Positions 28,553 through 42,267 of a stretch of DNA of 64,000 nucleotides are shown here, piece by piece. The translations under genes and the position numbers were made by a program. Source of the DNA: Octopus vulgaris (taxonomy: Eukaryota). The stretch covers positions 175,770,001-175,834,000 of the forward strand of contig OX597815.1 in the NCBI GenBank assembly GCA_951406725.2, in the 5' to 3' direction. Each line of letters starts with the position of its first letter. The stretch's first letter is position 1. The notes under the pieces are model-generated. The model was not told where the DNA came from. It saw only the letters and a list, made by a program, of their open reading frames with translations, and did not search any database.

Positions 28553-29136
28553 TGTAATTCCCAACCAAGTGCGACGTTCAATACAGGACAATGCTACTGG
28601 CGTTTATAACCCCAGGAAGACATCTCTTCCAACAGGCTAACGACACACATTCTGTGCCCGATTAGTGTTTGCGAAAGGAGGTCATTTCTCCCATCTATTG
28701 CCTTACGTGATACACACAGACTTGAGTTGTTTCTGGGTGGGTAGCCGTCCTCAGCGTGTGTTAACCACCAGCTAGTGATGAAACTCACTCCGCTCGCAAA
28801 ATAGTATATGCTTTTTCCAGTGATGAACCGTCGCTGATCTTGAAAGAGTAGAAATAAGCTATATTAAATATCCGAGCGAGATGTAAACAGCAGCAATACG
28901 GAATCGTAACATACAATTGTCAACCAAGTATATATATATATATATATATACTACAAAATTAGAAAATGGAGAAACATACTTAAATCAATAAAACATCAAC
29001 TATCAGATGATACCCAAACATTACTTTATTACACCATTACATATCAGTAAAGGCATTATACAAAATATACAGTAAATGTAAATAGACAAAGAGATATAAG
29101 TATAAAATTTCAAATATAATATGTAATTAAATCATA

Positions 29137-29246
29137 TCTGACAGCTGTTTCGGCATCGAGGGCAGTCATACCTCATTTAACCTATAAGCCATAAAGGCAG
29201 GTATAAATGAGGCATTAACAAGGATGCCCCACGGCCTCTTCAGAGA
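29137..29246 (-). ncRNA. Type I hammerhead ribozyme with long (~85-nt) stem II (family H3)
   Basis: Minus strand: tct CTGAAGA ggc...gcc GAAA cagctg TC aga. Palindromic stem III acagctgt, GUC triplet. Stem II extension pairs ggggca/tgccct, tgcctcattta/taaatgaggta, acct/aggt. Confidence 0.85.
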
Positions 29247-30002
29247 ATTAAATTTGTTATAATTGTGAAAAAAATTATTTTTCCATATACATATAAATAT
29301 AAAAATATAAAAATGTAAAATATAAAAACTTATGCATAAACTTCATAATGCTACACTTATATAATATAATACTCATTGGTACAATAATGCAAGGTAAACA
29401 AAACAAAATAAAACAAAATATATATCAGTGTATATATTAATATTAATAAGCACAGTTATTATACATATTTGGCTAATAGTTTTAAAAAACTAACACATAG
29501 GGAGATGAAAAATAATAATTAAAACCATGGTTCAGTTCATAAAATTATAAAGCTATAAAAGTCAATAAAAATTACTATTAATATTAAAAATAATAATAAT
29601 AATAATAATAATAGATACAGTTATGTTTGCACCAAGTCCATCCTTTCAAGATCGAAATAACTATGAGTTTAGAAATTCTGACCACAAGGTAATGATTATT
29701 TAGATTAATACGATTGGCTAGTAGTTTGAAATTTAAATCACAAAAGAAATTATACGGTTGGTTAGTCAAGGAACGCCAATATTCACACATACACTTATAC
29801 ACATACATAACCACAAGCAACAACTAGCACATAGATAAACAAAAAGGGGGGCAACTATGCTGCCATTTAGTCTTTCAAAAATTATAACTATGTCTCAAAT
29901 AACAAAAAAGATCCACTCATGCATTTCATAAAATATTTAATTTAAAGATAAATATATTTTTTATTTTTTTATTTTTTTATTTTTTTTTACACACACTCTT
30001 TT

Positions 30003-30289
30003 TCTCTTTTACTTGTTTCAGTCATTTGACTGCGGCCATGCTGGAGCACCGCCTTTAGTCGAGGAAATTGACACCAGGACTTACTCTTTGTAAGCCTAGT
30101 ATTTACTCTATCGGTCTCTTTTGCCGAACTGCTAGATTACGGGGACGTAAACACACCAGCATCGGTTGTCAAGCGATGTTGGGGTGGGGACATACACAGA
30201 CACACACATATATATATACATATATACGGCAGGCTTCTTTCAGTTTCCGTCCGTCTACCAAATCAACTCACGAGGCTTTGGTCGGCCCG
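30003..30289 (-). mobile_element. SINE family B copy (5'-truncated)
   Basis: tcttttacttgtttcagtcatttgactgcggccatgctggagcaccgcc... to ...ggctttggtcggccc. Confidence 0.85.
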
Positions 30290-30321
<32 letters not shown>

Positions 30322-30335
30322 TAATAGAGATAGAG

Positions 30336-30406
<71 letters not shown>

Positions 30407-30894
30407 GAGAGAGATAGTATACATAAAGTCTGACTAAGATATTCTGTACTTAAGCAGTCTTGGTTAAATTGTAGTTTTGACAGAAGGCAATAAGCCCACA
30501 TTGCTGTGCAGAGGTATTGATTCTAGAATTATTAGATTGTAGAGTAAATTTCTTCCTTACGCAGCGCTCCATGTGCCAATGCATATCTGTACAATGTTTT
30601 TGTGTGTCACTTGTATTAGTTTCCATTCGTATTTTATGTATTTCGTGTTGTCATTTGATGTAAACAGACAGCATAAAATGGAATAGCAAAGAAGAAGGTA
30701 AATAGGTAAGAAATATCGTGTTTTGGTTGAGGTAAGATTGTGTTATGCTGACACTAATATTTTTGTGTAGCTTAACAGTGTTGCAAAATATATTGAACCG
30801 GACCTTTGAACTGCAGATATGATAAGCCGTCGTTTCTGTTACATATACAATGAAATCTCTGTTTTGGATGTATTTTTCAATGAAAGAGAAAAAA

Positions 30895-31050
30895 GGTGCA
30901 GGCGTAGCTGTGTGGTTACAAGTTTGCTTCTCAGTCCTATAGTCCCGTGTTCAATCCCACTTCGATGCATCTAGGCAAGTGTTTTATATTATAGCCTCAG
31001 GCCGACTATAACCTTGTGAGTTTGGTGGGTAGAAACTGAAAGAAGCTTCT
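30895..31050 (+). mobile_element. SINE family B 5' half (diverged)
   Basis: ggtgcaggcgtagctgtgtgg...gttcaatccc...ggcaagtg...gaaactgaaagaagc. Confidence 0.75.
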
Positions 31051-31059
31051 CTGGATCCT

Positions 31060-31675
31060 CAGAACTTTTGGGTCCAGAGAGCAAGAGGACATCATTACCT
31101 GTTACTCCTCCTTTGTACTCGCCTCATACCAAGCAAAATATTACAAGAAGTGAGATACCGCAGAGAGTATTCAATGAGAACATTAAGGGTACGTCTAATC
31201 TTGATTATTGTCAGCGCCTGAAAACATTGAATCCAGGGCCACCGTGAGCGCCGCATCATTTGCACAATGTGGCGAATACATCAGTGACATTAGATTCAGA
31301 GTTCATCCAGGGCTGGGTACACATGGTATACGCTCCCTACACAATTCAGGCTCACAACACATAAATACACTGCAACACAATTTCTTTTTCTAAGCAGGCG
31401 CTGGTCTATTTAGCATTATCCCAAACGAAATCAAAAGAGAAAACCATTCCAATACCTTAAAATGAAACCTGGACACATTTCTTTAAAGTATACCAGATAA
31501 ACCACCTATGCGTGGATACATCTCAATCAACAAGAACTCCCTGCTTGAATGGACCATGATACCACAAAACTTGACTTTAAAATAATGCCTTTACAGATCC
31601 TATCAGTTGGTTCTATTAAGTTAGACATGGCTTGGACCAATCTTTGGCCGAATCATATAAACTTATTACGTAAGT

Positions 31676-31680
<5 letters not shown>
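31060..31680 (+). mobile_element. Decayed CR1-like LINE 3' end
   Basis: Broken frames read GLFSIIPNEIKRE...LK*NLDTFL.SIPDKP, resembling the C-terminal LFNxLPxxIR...FKxxLDxFLxxIPDxP motif; ends in (AAT)n. Confidence 0.55.
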
Positions 31681-31729
<49 letters not shown>

Positions 31730-31962
31730 GTAATAATAATAATAATCTCCCTTTATTTTTTTACTTTATTATTTCCCCCTTTTACGCTGTCTTCCCCCTT
31801 TTCTCTATCACATGACTGTAAATGAACAATCTGGTGTGTTTGTTTTGATGGCCTGCCGATATGTACAGTACGTTTCTCTGCCCTAGGTGTCAGGAAGACA
31901 CTCGGCAAGAAATGGAAACAAAATCAAAAGATGTTAATGAAAATAATAATAATAATGATAAT

Positions 31963-32142
31963 CTCTTCTACTATAGGCACAAGGTCTGGAATTTGTGGGG
32001 AGGGGGATAGTCGATTACATCGACCCCAGTACTTGACTGGTACTTATCTACCCCGAAAGGATGAAAGGCAAAGTCGACATCGGCGAAATTTGAACTCAGA
32101 CCATAGCGGCAGACGAAATACCGATGAGCATTTCGACCCACC
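31963..32142 (-). mobile_element. SINE family A copy
   Basis: Reverse complement match (ggcacaagg...cgattacatcgaccccag...gaaaggatgaaaggcaaagtcgac). Confidence 0.8.
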
Positions 32143-32892
32143 GTTATTCACAATATTTTGTTTTTTCATTGTCACTCATGTGCGGTAGCGATTATAAGGT
32201 TGCGCAATTACCAATGTTTTTATGGTGACACCATCACTAGATGTATCATTATTAGCCCATAAGGAGGCTCCACTCGTTTCCTTTCGTTATTATTATCACC
32301 ACTGATATCACTGGTATTATTGTTTTCATGTGGAGTAGCAGTGGTTGCAGCAACAGCAACAGTAGCAAGGGTGGGGATAGTGGTAAGGGTGATAGTTGGG
32401 CCTCAGATTCCTAATAGTAGTAGTTGTAGTATTTTTGTAGCATTAGTAGTATTTAGTATCAGCTGCTGTAGCATATTATCATTATTTAAATTTTTTTTCA
32501 TTATCACCATCACCACCACAAGTTGGGCAGCAGATTGGTGAATAGATCATATTCTACAGGTCTATAAATAGATTCGGCAGATGGTGGAGAGGTCAGACAT
32601 AGAGACAAAAGGATCTTAGTACCCCTTCGGTTCAGCAGAGGTCAAATGTGTTTACTACAACCAGTGGCCGTTGTCAGCGTCGCTTGAAAAGAATCAATTC
32701 ATTCTGTTCTAGTCCATCGTTCTTTGGTTGGTTGTGTTAGGGTTTCGTTTTTACAGTATTTACTTTTTGACGGAACAACGCTCATTGACATGGCTTGATG
32801 TTTCTTTCGTATTCACAATTATTATTGATGTGTACGCGAGAGACCGAGAAGAGATAGCAATGTGCATATATATATATACGTGTGTGTGTGTT

Positions 32893-32960
<68 letters not shown>

Positions 32961-32965
32961 GAGAC

Positions 32966-33037
<72 letters not shown>

Positions 33038-33394
33038 CTTGTATGAATATGGATATGTATATGTAATTAATATATTAAATCCAATATTTTACTCACAAAT
33101 TTGCAATTTTCGTATAGAAATATTGCAATATAGAAATATTGTTTACATTTTCACGCACGTGTTGTTGTGGCGGCGTATCTGAGGGAAGTTATATATGTTT
33201 TTTGTATATATAATGTAAGCCATCTGAGGAAACTGAGATGGCTTACATTTATAACATAGTTTCCTTTCATTGTTCTTGTGGATTCTTAATTCCTGGTTCG
33301 TGATGGTTTCAGATTTGATATAATCTTCCCGGCAGCTCAGTGTTACGCGTCCATGCTGCTTGCTCATTTGTTTATTATTGATCTGTATTGATGT

Positions 33395-34302
33395 GAAGAT
33401 TGAAAAAAAAAGATTGCAAAGATAAAACACTATACAAGAAATTGAAAACGAATGAAACTGAAAATAGGTGGGTAAGGAAAAGAATGCGTGGTCAATTTCA
33501 TAGGGATGTTGAAGATAAGACAGACAGAGGAAAAAGATGGCTGTGGATGACTAAAAGGGATTTAAAACCGGAAACGGAGGCTCTAAATCTGTGCTGCCCA
33601 AGAACAAGCGCTAAGAACAAACTATATAAAATACAGAATAGACAGCACATCAGAAAGTGATAAGTGCAGAATCTGTGGACAAAACGGTGAAACCATATGG
33701 CATATTACCAGCCAATGTACACCACTAGCCTAGAAGGAATATAAGAGACGATACGACAATATAGCAAGGATTGTCCATTGGACACTTTGCAACAAGTATG
33801 GACTTGACAGAAGAAAAAATTGGTACGACCACAAACCTGAAGGCATCATCGAAAATAGAAATGCAAAGATCCTATGGAATTTTACGATCCAGTGCAACCA
33901 TGAGATTGAGAATAAGAAGCCAGACATAATATTAATTGACAAAGAAAGCAAACTATGCTGGATCATAGACATAGCATGCACAGCTGACAACAAGGTATGC
34001 GATGATGAAGAAAGAAAAGTCGAGAGATATGACAGGTTAGCTTGGGAAGTTAAGCAGTTGTGGTCGATGATAAAGGTAGCGGTAGTACCAATAATTATCG
34101 GGAACTGAGCAAAAATCTCGAGAAGTACGTGGAAGAAATAGGGGCTGCAATAAGGGTGGAGCACTTGCAGAAAACAGCACTGCTTGGAACCGCTCGAATA
34201 CTCCGGAAGGTGCTCGAAAAATAAGAGATGTCACCCCAGTTCACTGGTAGTGAACACCTGACACTGTAGTACATCTCCAGCGTTAGAAGCTGTGTAAAGG
34301 CA
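33395..34302 (+). mobile_element. R4/Dong-type (RLE) LINE, 3' ~900 bp, pseudogenised
   Basis: MRGQFHRD...W LWMTKRDLKPETEA, CCHC knuckle CRICGQNGETIWHITSQC, RxD/NKKPDIILIDKESKLCWIIDIAC endonuclease, LQKTALLGTARILRKVLE stop; (AAC)/(AAT) tail. Confidence 0.9.
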
Positions 34303-34374
34303 ACAACAACAACAACAACAACAATAATAATAATACTACTACTACTACTACTACTACTAATAATAATAATAATA

Positions 34375-35570
34375 TGAAATCCGAGATAGGTTAAGAAATA
34401 TAGAAGTCCAAGAAGACAAAGATAACTACAGAAATGTTAAAAAATAGTAGTTAAGAAAATTCCCAAACTGGAAGATCCCAGGACCGGATAGGGTCCAAGG
34501 ATATTGGATGAAGAAGCTGAGAGAGCTCCATGAAAGGATAGCGCAACAGCTAGATGAGTGCTTGCAGGAAGACACAGTACCCAGCTGGATGACAAAGGGA
34601 AAGACATTGATATGTGACAAGGATCCTGAAAAGGGAAATGTTGCATCCAACTTTCAACCAATGATATGTCTTCCGCTAATGTGGAAACTAATGTCAAGTG
34701 CTTTGGCCAGTGAACTGTACAGATACTTGGGAAAAAAAGTGGGCTGCTACCCATTGAAAAGAAAGAGTGCTGAAAAAGGAGCCGAGGAACGAAGGATCAG
34801 CTCTTAATTGATAATCTAAATATCAGGAACTGCAAGAGACGACATACATACCTGAGCATGGCATGGATTGACAATCGCAAAGCATCCAATATGATGCCAC
34901 ACTCCTGGATAACAAGAACAATGGAATTGTATGGAGGAGCAGAAAATATGAGAAGCCTTATATGGAATATCATGAAATACTGGAGGACGGAATAGACTGC
35001 AGTGAAGGAAGTACTAGGAGAGGTGAAAATGAAGAGAGGAATCTTCCAAGAGTACAGTGTGTCCTCACTGATATTCGTGTTAAGAATGATCTTCCTGAGT
35101 GAAATACCACAAAAAAAAACAAGTTGGGTTATGACCTGGGAAGAGGTAAGGGAAAACTGAACCACTTGCTTTTCATGGACGACCTGAAGCTATTTACAAA
35201 ACTGAGGCAGAACTGGACAGCCTAATTCAGTCTGTGCGGATTTTCTCCAATGATATTAAGATGGAGTTTGGACTCTCAAAATGTGCTACGATGGTGGTGA
35301 GATGAGGAAAGTTTGCTAGGACAGAAGGCATATGGTTGGCAAGCAGTGAAATGATGAAGGCAATTAAACCTCAATCCAGCTATAAATACCCGTGAAAATA
35401 TGAGGCAGAAGGAATCAAACACAACGGTATGAAGGAAAAGATGAAAAAAGAGTACTTGCGGCGAGTGAGGAAAATACTGGCGTCAAAGCTGAATGCCTGA
35501 AATATAATTTCGGTAATAAACTCGCGCGCAATCTTAGTAGTTCGGTATAGCGCTGGAATCCTCAAAGCCC
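34375..35570 (+). mobile_element. R4/Dong-type LINE reverse transcriptase fragment, pseudogenised
   Basis: [77 protein letters not shown]; several stops and frameshifts. Confidence 0.9.
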
Positions 35571-37106
35571 CAACATGGCTGCAGGCTAATGACAAATAAG
35601 TAAAAGATGGCAGCTGAGATTAGTTTGTCCGTTATCATGTAAGCGATTTCTTAGACATACGGGTTTTTAGTCAAAATGAAATCTTATTAAATTCAAGTCA
35701 ACACCATTCCAGTAACTATTTATCTATTCTGTCTCCTAAATATTTCAGAAAATCTCTATCTTAGCTGCTTATCTATTGAATGTTATGAATTAAATCTCTC
35801 ATTGATAAATATACTTCATACACGAAAGATAAGCCGACGAAATCAGATATCTGCGCATTCTTTGTGCCAGATGTATTTTATGTATTTTATTAGTAAACTG
35901 TGGAGGAACTTGACAGATGGTCCTTGTCCTGTTTGTGTTGCTTAACTCATTGTATTCTGAGAGTTTGAAAGGTAAAGAATATATTTCCAATAAGAAATTC
36001 CATTTGTAGTTGGTGTAGCTGAAAAAGCTAGCGGCTTACTTGCATGCCATCGAGTGTTTGTTGAGAGCACAGTATAGTGGACATGGTACGGCCAAAAGTA
36101 ACTAAAGAAAATACAGGTAAATCACACTTTGTAATTAACTTCAGGATTTTGTTTATCTAAGGATGCTAAGTATTGTCATCGATGGATCCGCGAAAGAAGT
36201 TCTACAGACTCGCCATAAATAGTAGCCAAATTTCCCTCAAATGAACTCCTACTGGTTCAACAGAAGAAAGGAGGCATTGGATAATGTGGTTTTACATTCC
36301 CTCAAGAGAACGGGACGATCACAGGTTAACTGGAAGTAAACAACGATATTATGATCATACTCGGTAAATACGATGAACTCTGCTATCACTGAGGAAGTCT
36401 AATAGTATCGAAACATGTCCGGACTTGCCTCCCCCCCTCTCTCTCTCTTAGTTGCCAAAATAATTAAGATTTTCTTAATCACTGAACAAATATTCTAGTA
36501 TTCACACTACATTAGTAATTCTAATAAGATTCCTGATGATCTGTGTTAAGTTCCTGACACCAAGGGATAACTTACAGCTACTGAAACCTATGTGAGAGTC
36601 TCTAGGCGCCAAATCTGCTATAATATCAAAATCTCTCTCAAACGACACACAGCCATCTAAAAAATGGAAAGGGACATTAAATGCTGAAGTTATAGAAAAC
36701 CTTAATAAGGTGGGAGTAGTGACAATTTGAATACACTGAATTTTAGACCTGCTAACTCAAAACTGATGGTAACTAGCCATCATTTCATCTTGTTCTCCGA
36801 CTGAGAGCTCTGCGCGAAACCTTTTCTTCCTCATCTCATAAAATTCATTCGGCTGAATTTATTTGCGTCGCTTTTGGCGATACAGAACAGTTTCCTTGGA
36901 TTTTACGGTTTTACTATGAAAAACAATTGCAAGACTGTTATACAATCTGAATGCGTTTACTTGTTTTGCCGCATTTTGTAGAGACACGTGAAATGTATCT
37001 TCTTAATGGCAACGAGATTTTCTTAGCGCAGGTTAGAGCTGGGAAATAATTATGTCACATGAGTGAATGTATTGGAGGCTCAGAAAAAGTATTACACGGA
37101 TACAAA

Positions 37107-37487
37107 TCTTTTACATGTTTCAGTGATTAGACTGCGGCCATGATAGGGCACGGCCTTGAAGAGCATCTTTTTGTTGTTGAATGAATCGACTTCATTACTT
37201 ATTTTTGTTAAACCTGGTACTCATTTTATCGGTCTTTTCCGCCGAACCATTAACTTACTAGGAGATAAACAAAACAACACCGGTTGTCAAGCGGTGATGG
37301 GAACAAACACACACAAACACATATACGACGGGCTTCTTTCAGTTTCCGTCTACGGAATTCACTCACAAGACTTTGTTCGACCGGAGGCTGTAGTTGAAGT
37401 CATTTGCCCAAGGTGCCACACAGTAGGACAGAAACCGGAGCCATGTGGTTGGGAAGCGAGCTTCTTATCACACAGCCATGCCTGCGA
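37107..37487 (-). mobile_element. SINE family B copy
   Basis: Full-length reverse complement match. Confidence 0.85.
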
Positions 37488-37879
37488 TTATATTCAAGTA
37501 TGAAGAATAGTAACGTGCTGGACTCTTTCCCTTTTACTTGCATCGGCGTCATGTCAAAGAGATCGTTGAACTGTCATATTTAAGTGATTGCTTATAAGTT
37601 GATCTTAGAGCTTTCTGTCAACTACCAGCAAGGATTACAGATCGAGTTTATCGTTCCACAAAATCTGGGAAGTTGTATGAGATGTGTCATAAAATTTACT
37701 TTCTGAAATAAATGACCGAGCCTCAGTGGAGACAATTTCATAAACACTCTAATCTATCGAATTCTAAATATGCATCACGATAGAACGTGGCCATGAGCCC
37801 CGAACAGCAAGTATCTGAAAGCTATATGTTAAATTTCACAAAACAACAGCAGCAGTTACGACAGATAACTGGGAACGTC

Positions 37880-38105
37880 GGGCGGCAGAAACGTTAGCAC
37901 GCCGAACGTAATGCTTAGCGGTATTTCGTCTGTCGTTATGTTGTGAGTTCAAATTCCGCCGAGGTCGACTTTGCCTTTCATCCTTTCGGGGTCGATAAAT
38001 TAAGTACCAGTTACGCACTGGGGTCGATGTAATCGACTTAATACCTATGTCTGTCCTTGTTTCTCCCCTCTATGTTTAGCCCCTTGTGGGTAATAAAGAA
38101 ATAGA
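37880..38105 (+). mobile_element. SINE family A copy
   Basis: ggcagaaacgttagcacgccg...gagttcaaattccgccgaggtcgactttgcc...ttgtgggtaataaagaaatag. Confidence 0.85.
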
Positions 38106-39366
38106 TATGAACATTAAAAGTAAAGAAGCTTATATATTCCGGGTATCGATAATTTCTTTTGAGTAGAAGAGGTCTGACAAACAGTAACAACTGTAAATGG
38201 CGAGAACTTTGAGTAGCTGACAAGTGTTTCATTGACTGGCGGTATTGTATGTAAAGAAACTTCAGCACACAGAATATTTTGGATTTTGTGGCTTAAATTA
38301 TATAACTGAAGAGAAACGTGATGAACAAAACGAAGAAACCAAACATTTATATAGAAAGAGAATATAGCCAAATAAAACATAACCATATTGATGCACACTC
38401 AAGCATTGCATTCCCTTGCACCGGCCTAAGTGTCTGCAACACCGTTGCACTAAATTACGCAGCTCACAGATACAGAATATATTATAGAATAAACGCAATA
38501 TCACAAATACAAACGTGTTACCAATTCAAAGATACAGGAGGAACATTGGAATCTGTAAAAAAAAATCCATTTACTGCATTTTGTTATGGAGAAATTTTCT
38601 TGCTGGAGACAAACAGACAAATAACACGCCGAATCAGTTTGTAGCATTCCGTAGTGGTTGCATCCTCTTCAGGAACAGAAACATCGAAATCCCGCACACG
38701 TGCGCACACGCACACAAACACACAATGCTTTACATTTTGTCCACTGATGTTATTCTATTCCAGACCTGGTTATGCATGCTCTGATGCATGCCAGAAAGTT
38801 CCTTCTATCTCTTTGTAATAGTTTCAAGGGAAAGCCTAATGGAATCGAACTTTCCGACGTTCCGAATGGGCTTCTTGTGTGCTGGATCCGGGACCAGCAA
38901 CCCCATTCAATTACATTCTTTTAGACAGCCTACGATCTAGATTTAATATTATAGAATTAGGAAGTGAAGACGGTCGAATCTTAGCAGACAATGAGAATGA
39001 CTACCAATCATATCGCCTTAGAAAAGGATTTGCTTAATGTTTGTAGAAGCTTTGACATCAAGATTACCGCGAGTATTAACACTAAGTAAATGCTTTCGAT
39101 AATCTCTTTGAATCTAAGTTTAGGCACCGACAGTTCCCACACGAGGCTTAAAAGAGGCCATATATTCACAAAACCTAGAACCACTTGCTTAAAATTCTGA
39201 AAACATATCCGGAGACATCAGGAAAATAATTTCTGAGTTTTCATCTAACGCGGAAAATTTCAACCGTGCTGCTATAATATTTTAGACAGATACAGATAAA
39301 GGGTAATTAATGATAAAAAACAAATATCTCCCTTACATCTAGGCATATACACTAGCCTTTATATAT

Positions 39367-39405
<39 letters not shown>

Positions 39406-39440
39406 AACTCATACACACATGTACTCATATACATACACGC

Positions 39441-39639
39441 TGTTACGACCTGGTGGCCATAACCCGAATTTACACAACCAACGAGAATTGAACCCAAAAC
39501 AACACACCATGAAATTTTTTGTAAAATATTATTAACAATTAAGTATCAGCATAAAAAAACCCAGCTTACATACAAAACAAATATATACGAACAAAATTAA
39601 AGCTACACTAGAAATGCAGTCAAAATATTTATAAAGGTA

Positions 39640-39672
<33 letters not shown>

Positions 39673-40649
39673 CAGTCCAGAATTTCGGACTCAGAAAAGC
39701 CAGCTTCACCAAATTGATTTCACAAATTTGGATTCGTAACTCTGGATTCACAAATTTTGGTTTCACGAAAATTGGCCTCACAAATTTGGTTTTCAAAAAC
39801 ATATGGATTCCGAAAATTTAGATTCATAAAATCTGATTTCACAAATTCGGTTTTCGAACCTTGGATTTCGAACCTTGATTTCGAACCTTGGACCTAAACA
39901 TAAATAAATCTAATCTCAAAGCAACCATTTAAGCATAACATTCATGTCACAAAACGGCTGCTAGACTACATCAATTATAACAGTAAAAAAAAATAAATTA
40001 AAAAGTGAAACAAAAATTCTAGTTTGCTTCACACAAAATTGCTTCATACAAACATGCTGAGTAACCATTAGACAACATTTAAAATTAGTTGTCTAATACA
40101 AAAATTTGGCTACATGAAAAATTAATTCATACCCCATTTAGCTATTATTTACAAATTTTTCAACATTTATCTTAACAGAAAATAGCTAGCAAAATTACTA
40201 CACAACCTGCCACAGATACAGGGTTCAAAATTCACATAAATATTATAACATAACTTAAGAGATTTTTTGTACTCACCCAGATGTGGCACAGAAATTATTT
40301 TAAATCTGACAAAAGTTCTGGCGAATTCCTGGAGCATAATAAATAAATCCATAAATGCCTAACACAAAGCACAAAGTGAATAAACTAAACAGGCAATCAT
40401 AGCTTCCAGAACCCAATTGAACCTCGTCTCACAGAAAAAAAAGAATGTCACAAAAACTGAGTGTACAATTATCTCTGCTTATAAAGGTTTGCCAAGGTCC
40501 AGCCAATTTGTTTGAGTTTCACAGTTTGGCTATTAACAATGGGCTATTTGGCTATTTGACAATGGACTTCATCCTGACCTTACAGTGCAGCATGAAAAAC
40601 TGTCTGTTTACTTGTTTAACTTCACTTTATAATTTATAATTTCCTAACA
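39441..40649. mobile_element. Solo LTR (1209 bp) with 4-bp TSD
   Basis: Ends TGTTA...TAACA; flanked by direct acgc (39437-39440 and 40650-40653); non-coding; internal degenerate tandem array at about 39676-39895. Confidence 0.75.
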
Positions 40650-40999
40650 ACGCATACATACACGCTCATACATATACCGTCAGCAACAGAAATGTGGGCC
40701 AAGACGATCGTCTAAAATGTGTTCTTTTTACACTGTAACTTCTAAAGAACCTCAGATTAGTAAATGGCCCCTTTTCCTTTCACATATGTGAGAAATGCCT
40801 TTTGCTTATCAAAATGGCATCATTCATAGCAAACTTTAACAATTATTTTCAACGACGGTCATAGGGATCTGTGGTGGTGGGGTTGGAGGAATGGCCTGTT
40901 ATCATGTTTAATGGCCCATCGAAACCGACCAGATTGAAGCTGTTAACTTCCCTCTGTTAAACAGTTGCATAATGTCAGCTGTAGGAAGTAGCTGTGGTG

Positions 41000-41230
41000 G
41001 AATTTGAACTCAACACGTAAAGACAGACGAAATGCCGTTAAGCATTTGGCCCAGCGTGCTAACGATTCTGCCAGCTTATCGCCTGTTAATGAAATATTGG
41101 TCTTAAACTTTGGTACGAGGCCAGCTGTTTCGAGGGAGGGGATGAATCAGTTATATCGACCCCAGCGCTTAACTGGTACTTATTTTATCGACCTTGGAAG
41201 GATGAAAGGTAAAGTTGACCTCGGCGGAGA
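41000..41230 (-). mobile_element. Two SINE family A pieces
   Basis: ggaatttgaactc...aacgattctgccagc, then ggtacgaggcc...cgaccccagc...ggaaggatgaaagg...cctcggcgga. Confidence 0.75.
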
Positions 41231-41412
41231 ACTACATTAAGGGTACACGTGTCTGTGGAGTGGTCAGGCACTTGCACGTTAATTTCACGAGCAGGCCGTT
41301 CTGTTGATCGGATCAACTGGAATTCTTGTCGTCGTACCCGACGGAGTGCCACGGTATATATATATATATATATATATATATCTATACAATATGTTACATT
41401 ACTCGGTAGTCA

Positions 41413-41475
41413 AGATAAAACTCTGAGTTTCAGATGCTGAAGTGGAAATCCACAACACCATCTCTTCGGTTATCT
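41413..41475 (-). ncRNA. Type I hammerhead ribozyme, CCGAAGA core variant (inverted-arm copy)
   Basis: Exact reverse complement of 44147-44209. Confidence 0.7.
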
Positions 41476-41663
41476 GGCTATTTGAAAACGTTATGAAAAA
41501 ATACCGTTAAAAATGAAGGGAAATTACTCTGTTATAACTCTGCTTTGCCTGCGTACTTATACATCGCTCGCATTTTTCGTCATAAAAATTATATAAAAAT
41601 ACATAAAAATATATATATAAAAATATATAAAATCTTCTTGGGACATAACACAGAAAGCATGTT

Positions 41664-42267
41664 CTATCCGTTTTCTTTAGGGGACCAAAAACGTAACAGA
41701 AATTTAGTCACATGTGGGCATGATCCGAAAAGCTCTGTCCTTGTATTTAGACATGTGGTAGGGTCTAAGCTGCTTTTCCAGATAAGCCATCTCTCCATGT
41801 CGCATAAACCGCACCTTCCGCTGCCGTTAGTATAGGGCTTACATCTGGCCAAAATCTTCCATTGTATGTTATAATCGACACCTTTATCTCTTAAAGACCA
41901 AATATGATTGGATAATTGTGTCGCTTTTCTTTTGTTCCAGTGCCTAAAGCTCAAAGAGTGGTTATTGAACCTGGCCTTGAAATTACCCTCTGTCAGGCCC
42001 ACGTATTTCTTCGTCGAAACGGTGTCTTTAGTGGTTATAGAGTTTACGGTAGCTTCATATATGATGGTCTTGGACATGCAAGCTCCATTTAGCGGGCACA
42101 ATTCTTTATTCCTGCATGAACAGCTGTTTTCTTGTGTTTTTTGTATGTTATGATTGATTATGTTTTTAAAATTGGTAGTTGAACTAAAACTAATTTTTAA
42201 ATTGTGTCTATTGAAGAGTTTCCTATAAGCATGGTTAACTGGAAAATGTCTATCTATCAGTGCTAGG
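41664..42267 (-). CDS. Inverted duplicate of the PLE C-terminal linker and GIY-YIG endonuclease
   Basis: Translation matches the last ~200 aa of the + strand ORF except NNHSLSF vs NNHTLSF. The N-terminal part of the track's 285-aa ORF is antisense RT sequence. Confidence 0.8.

Noticed and set aside
36385-36424. CTGAGGA...GAAAcatgTC as a hammerhead
   Set aside because: Core and palindromic stem III are present but stems I and II do not pair; at best a heavily decayed relic.
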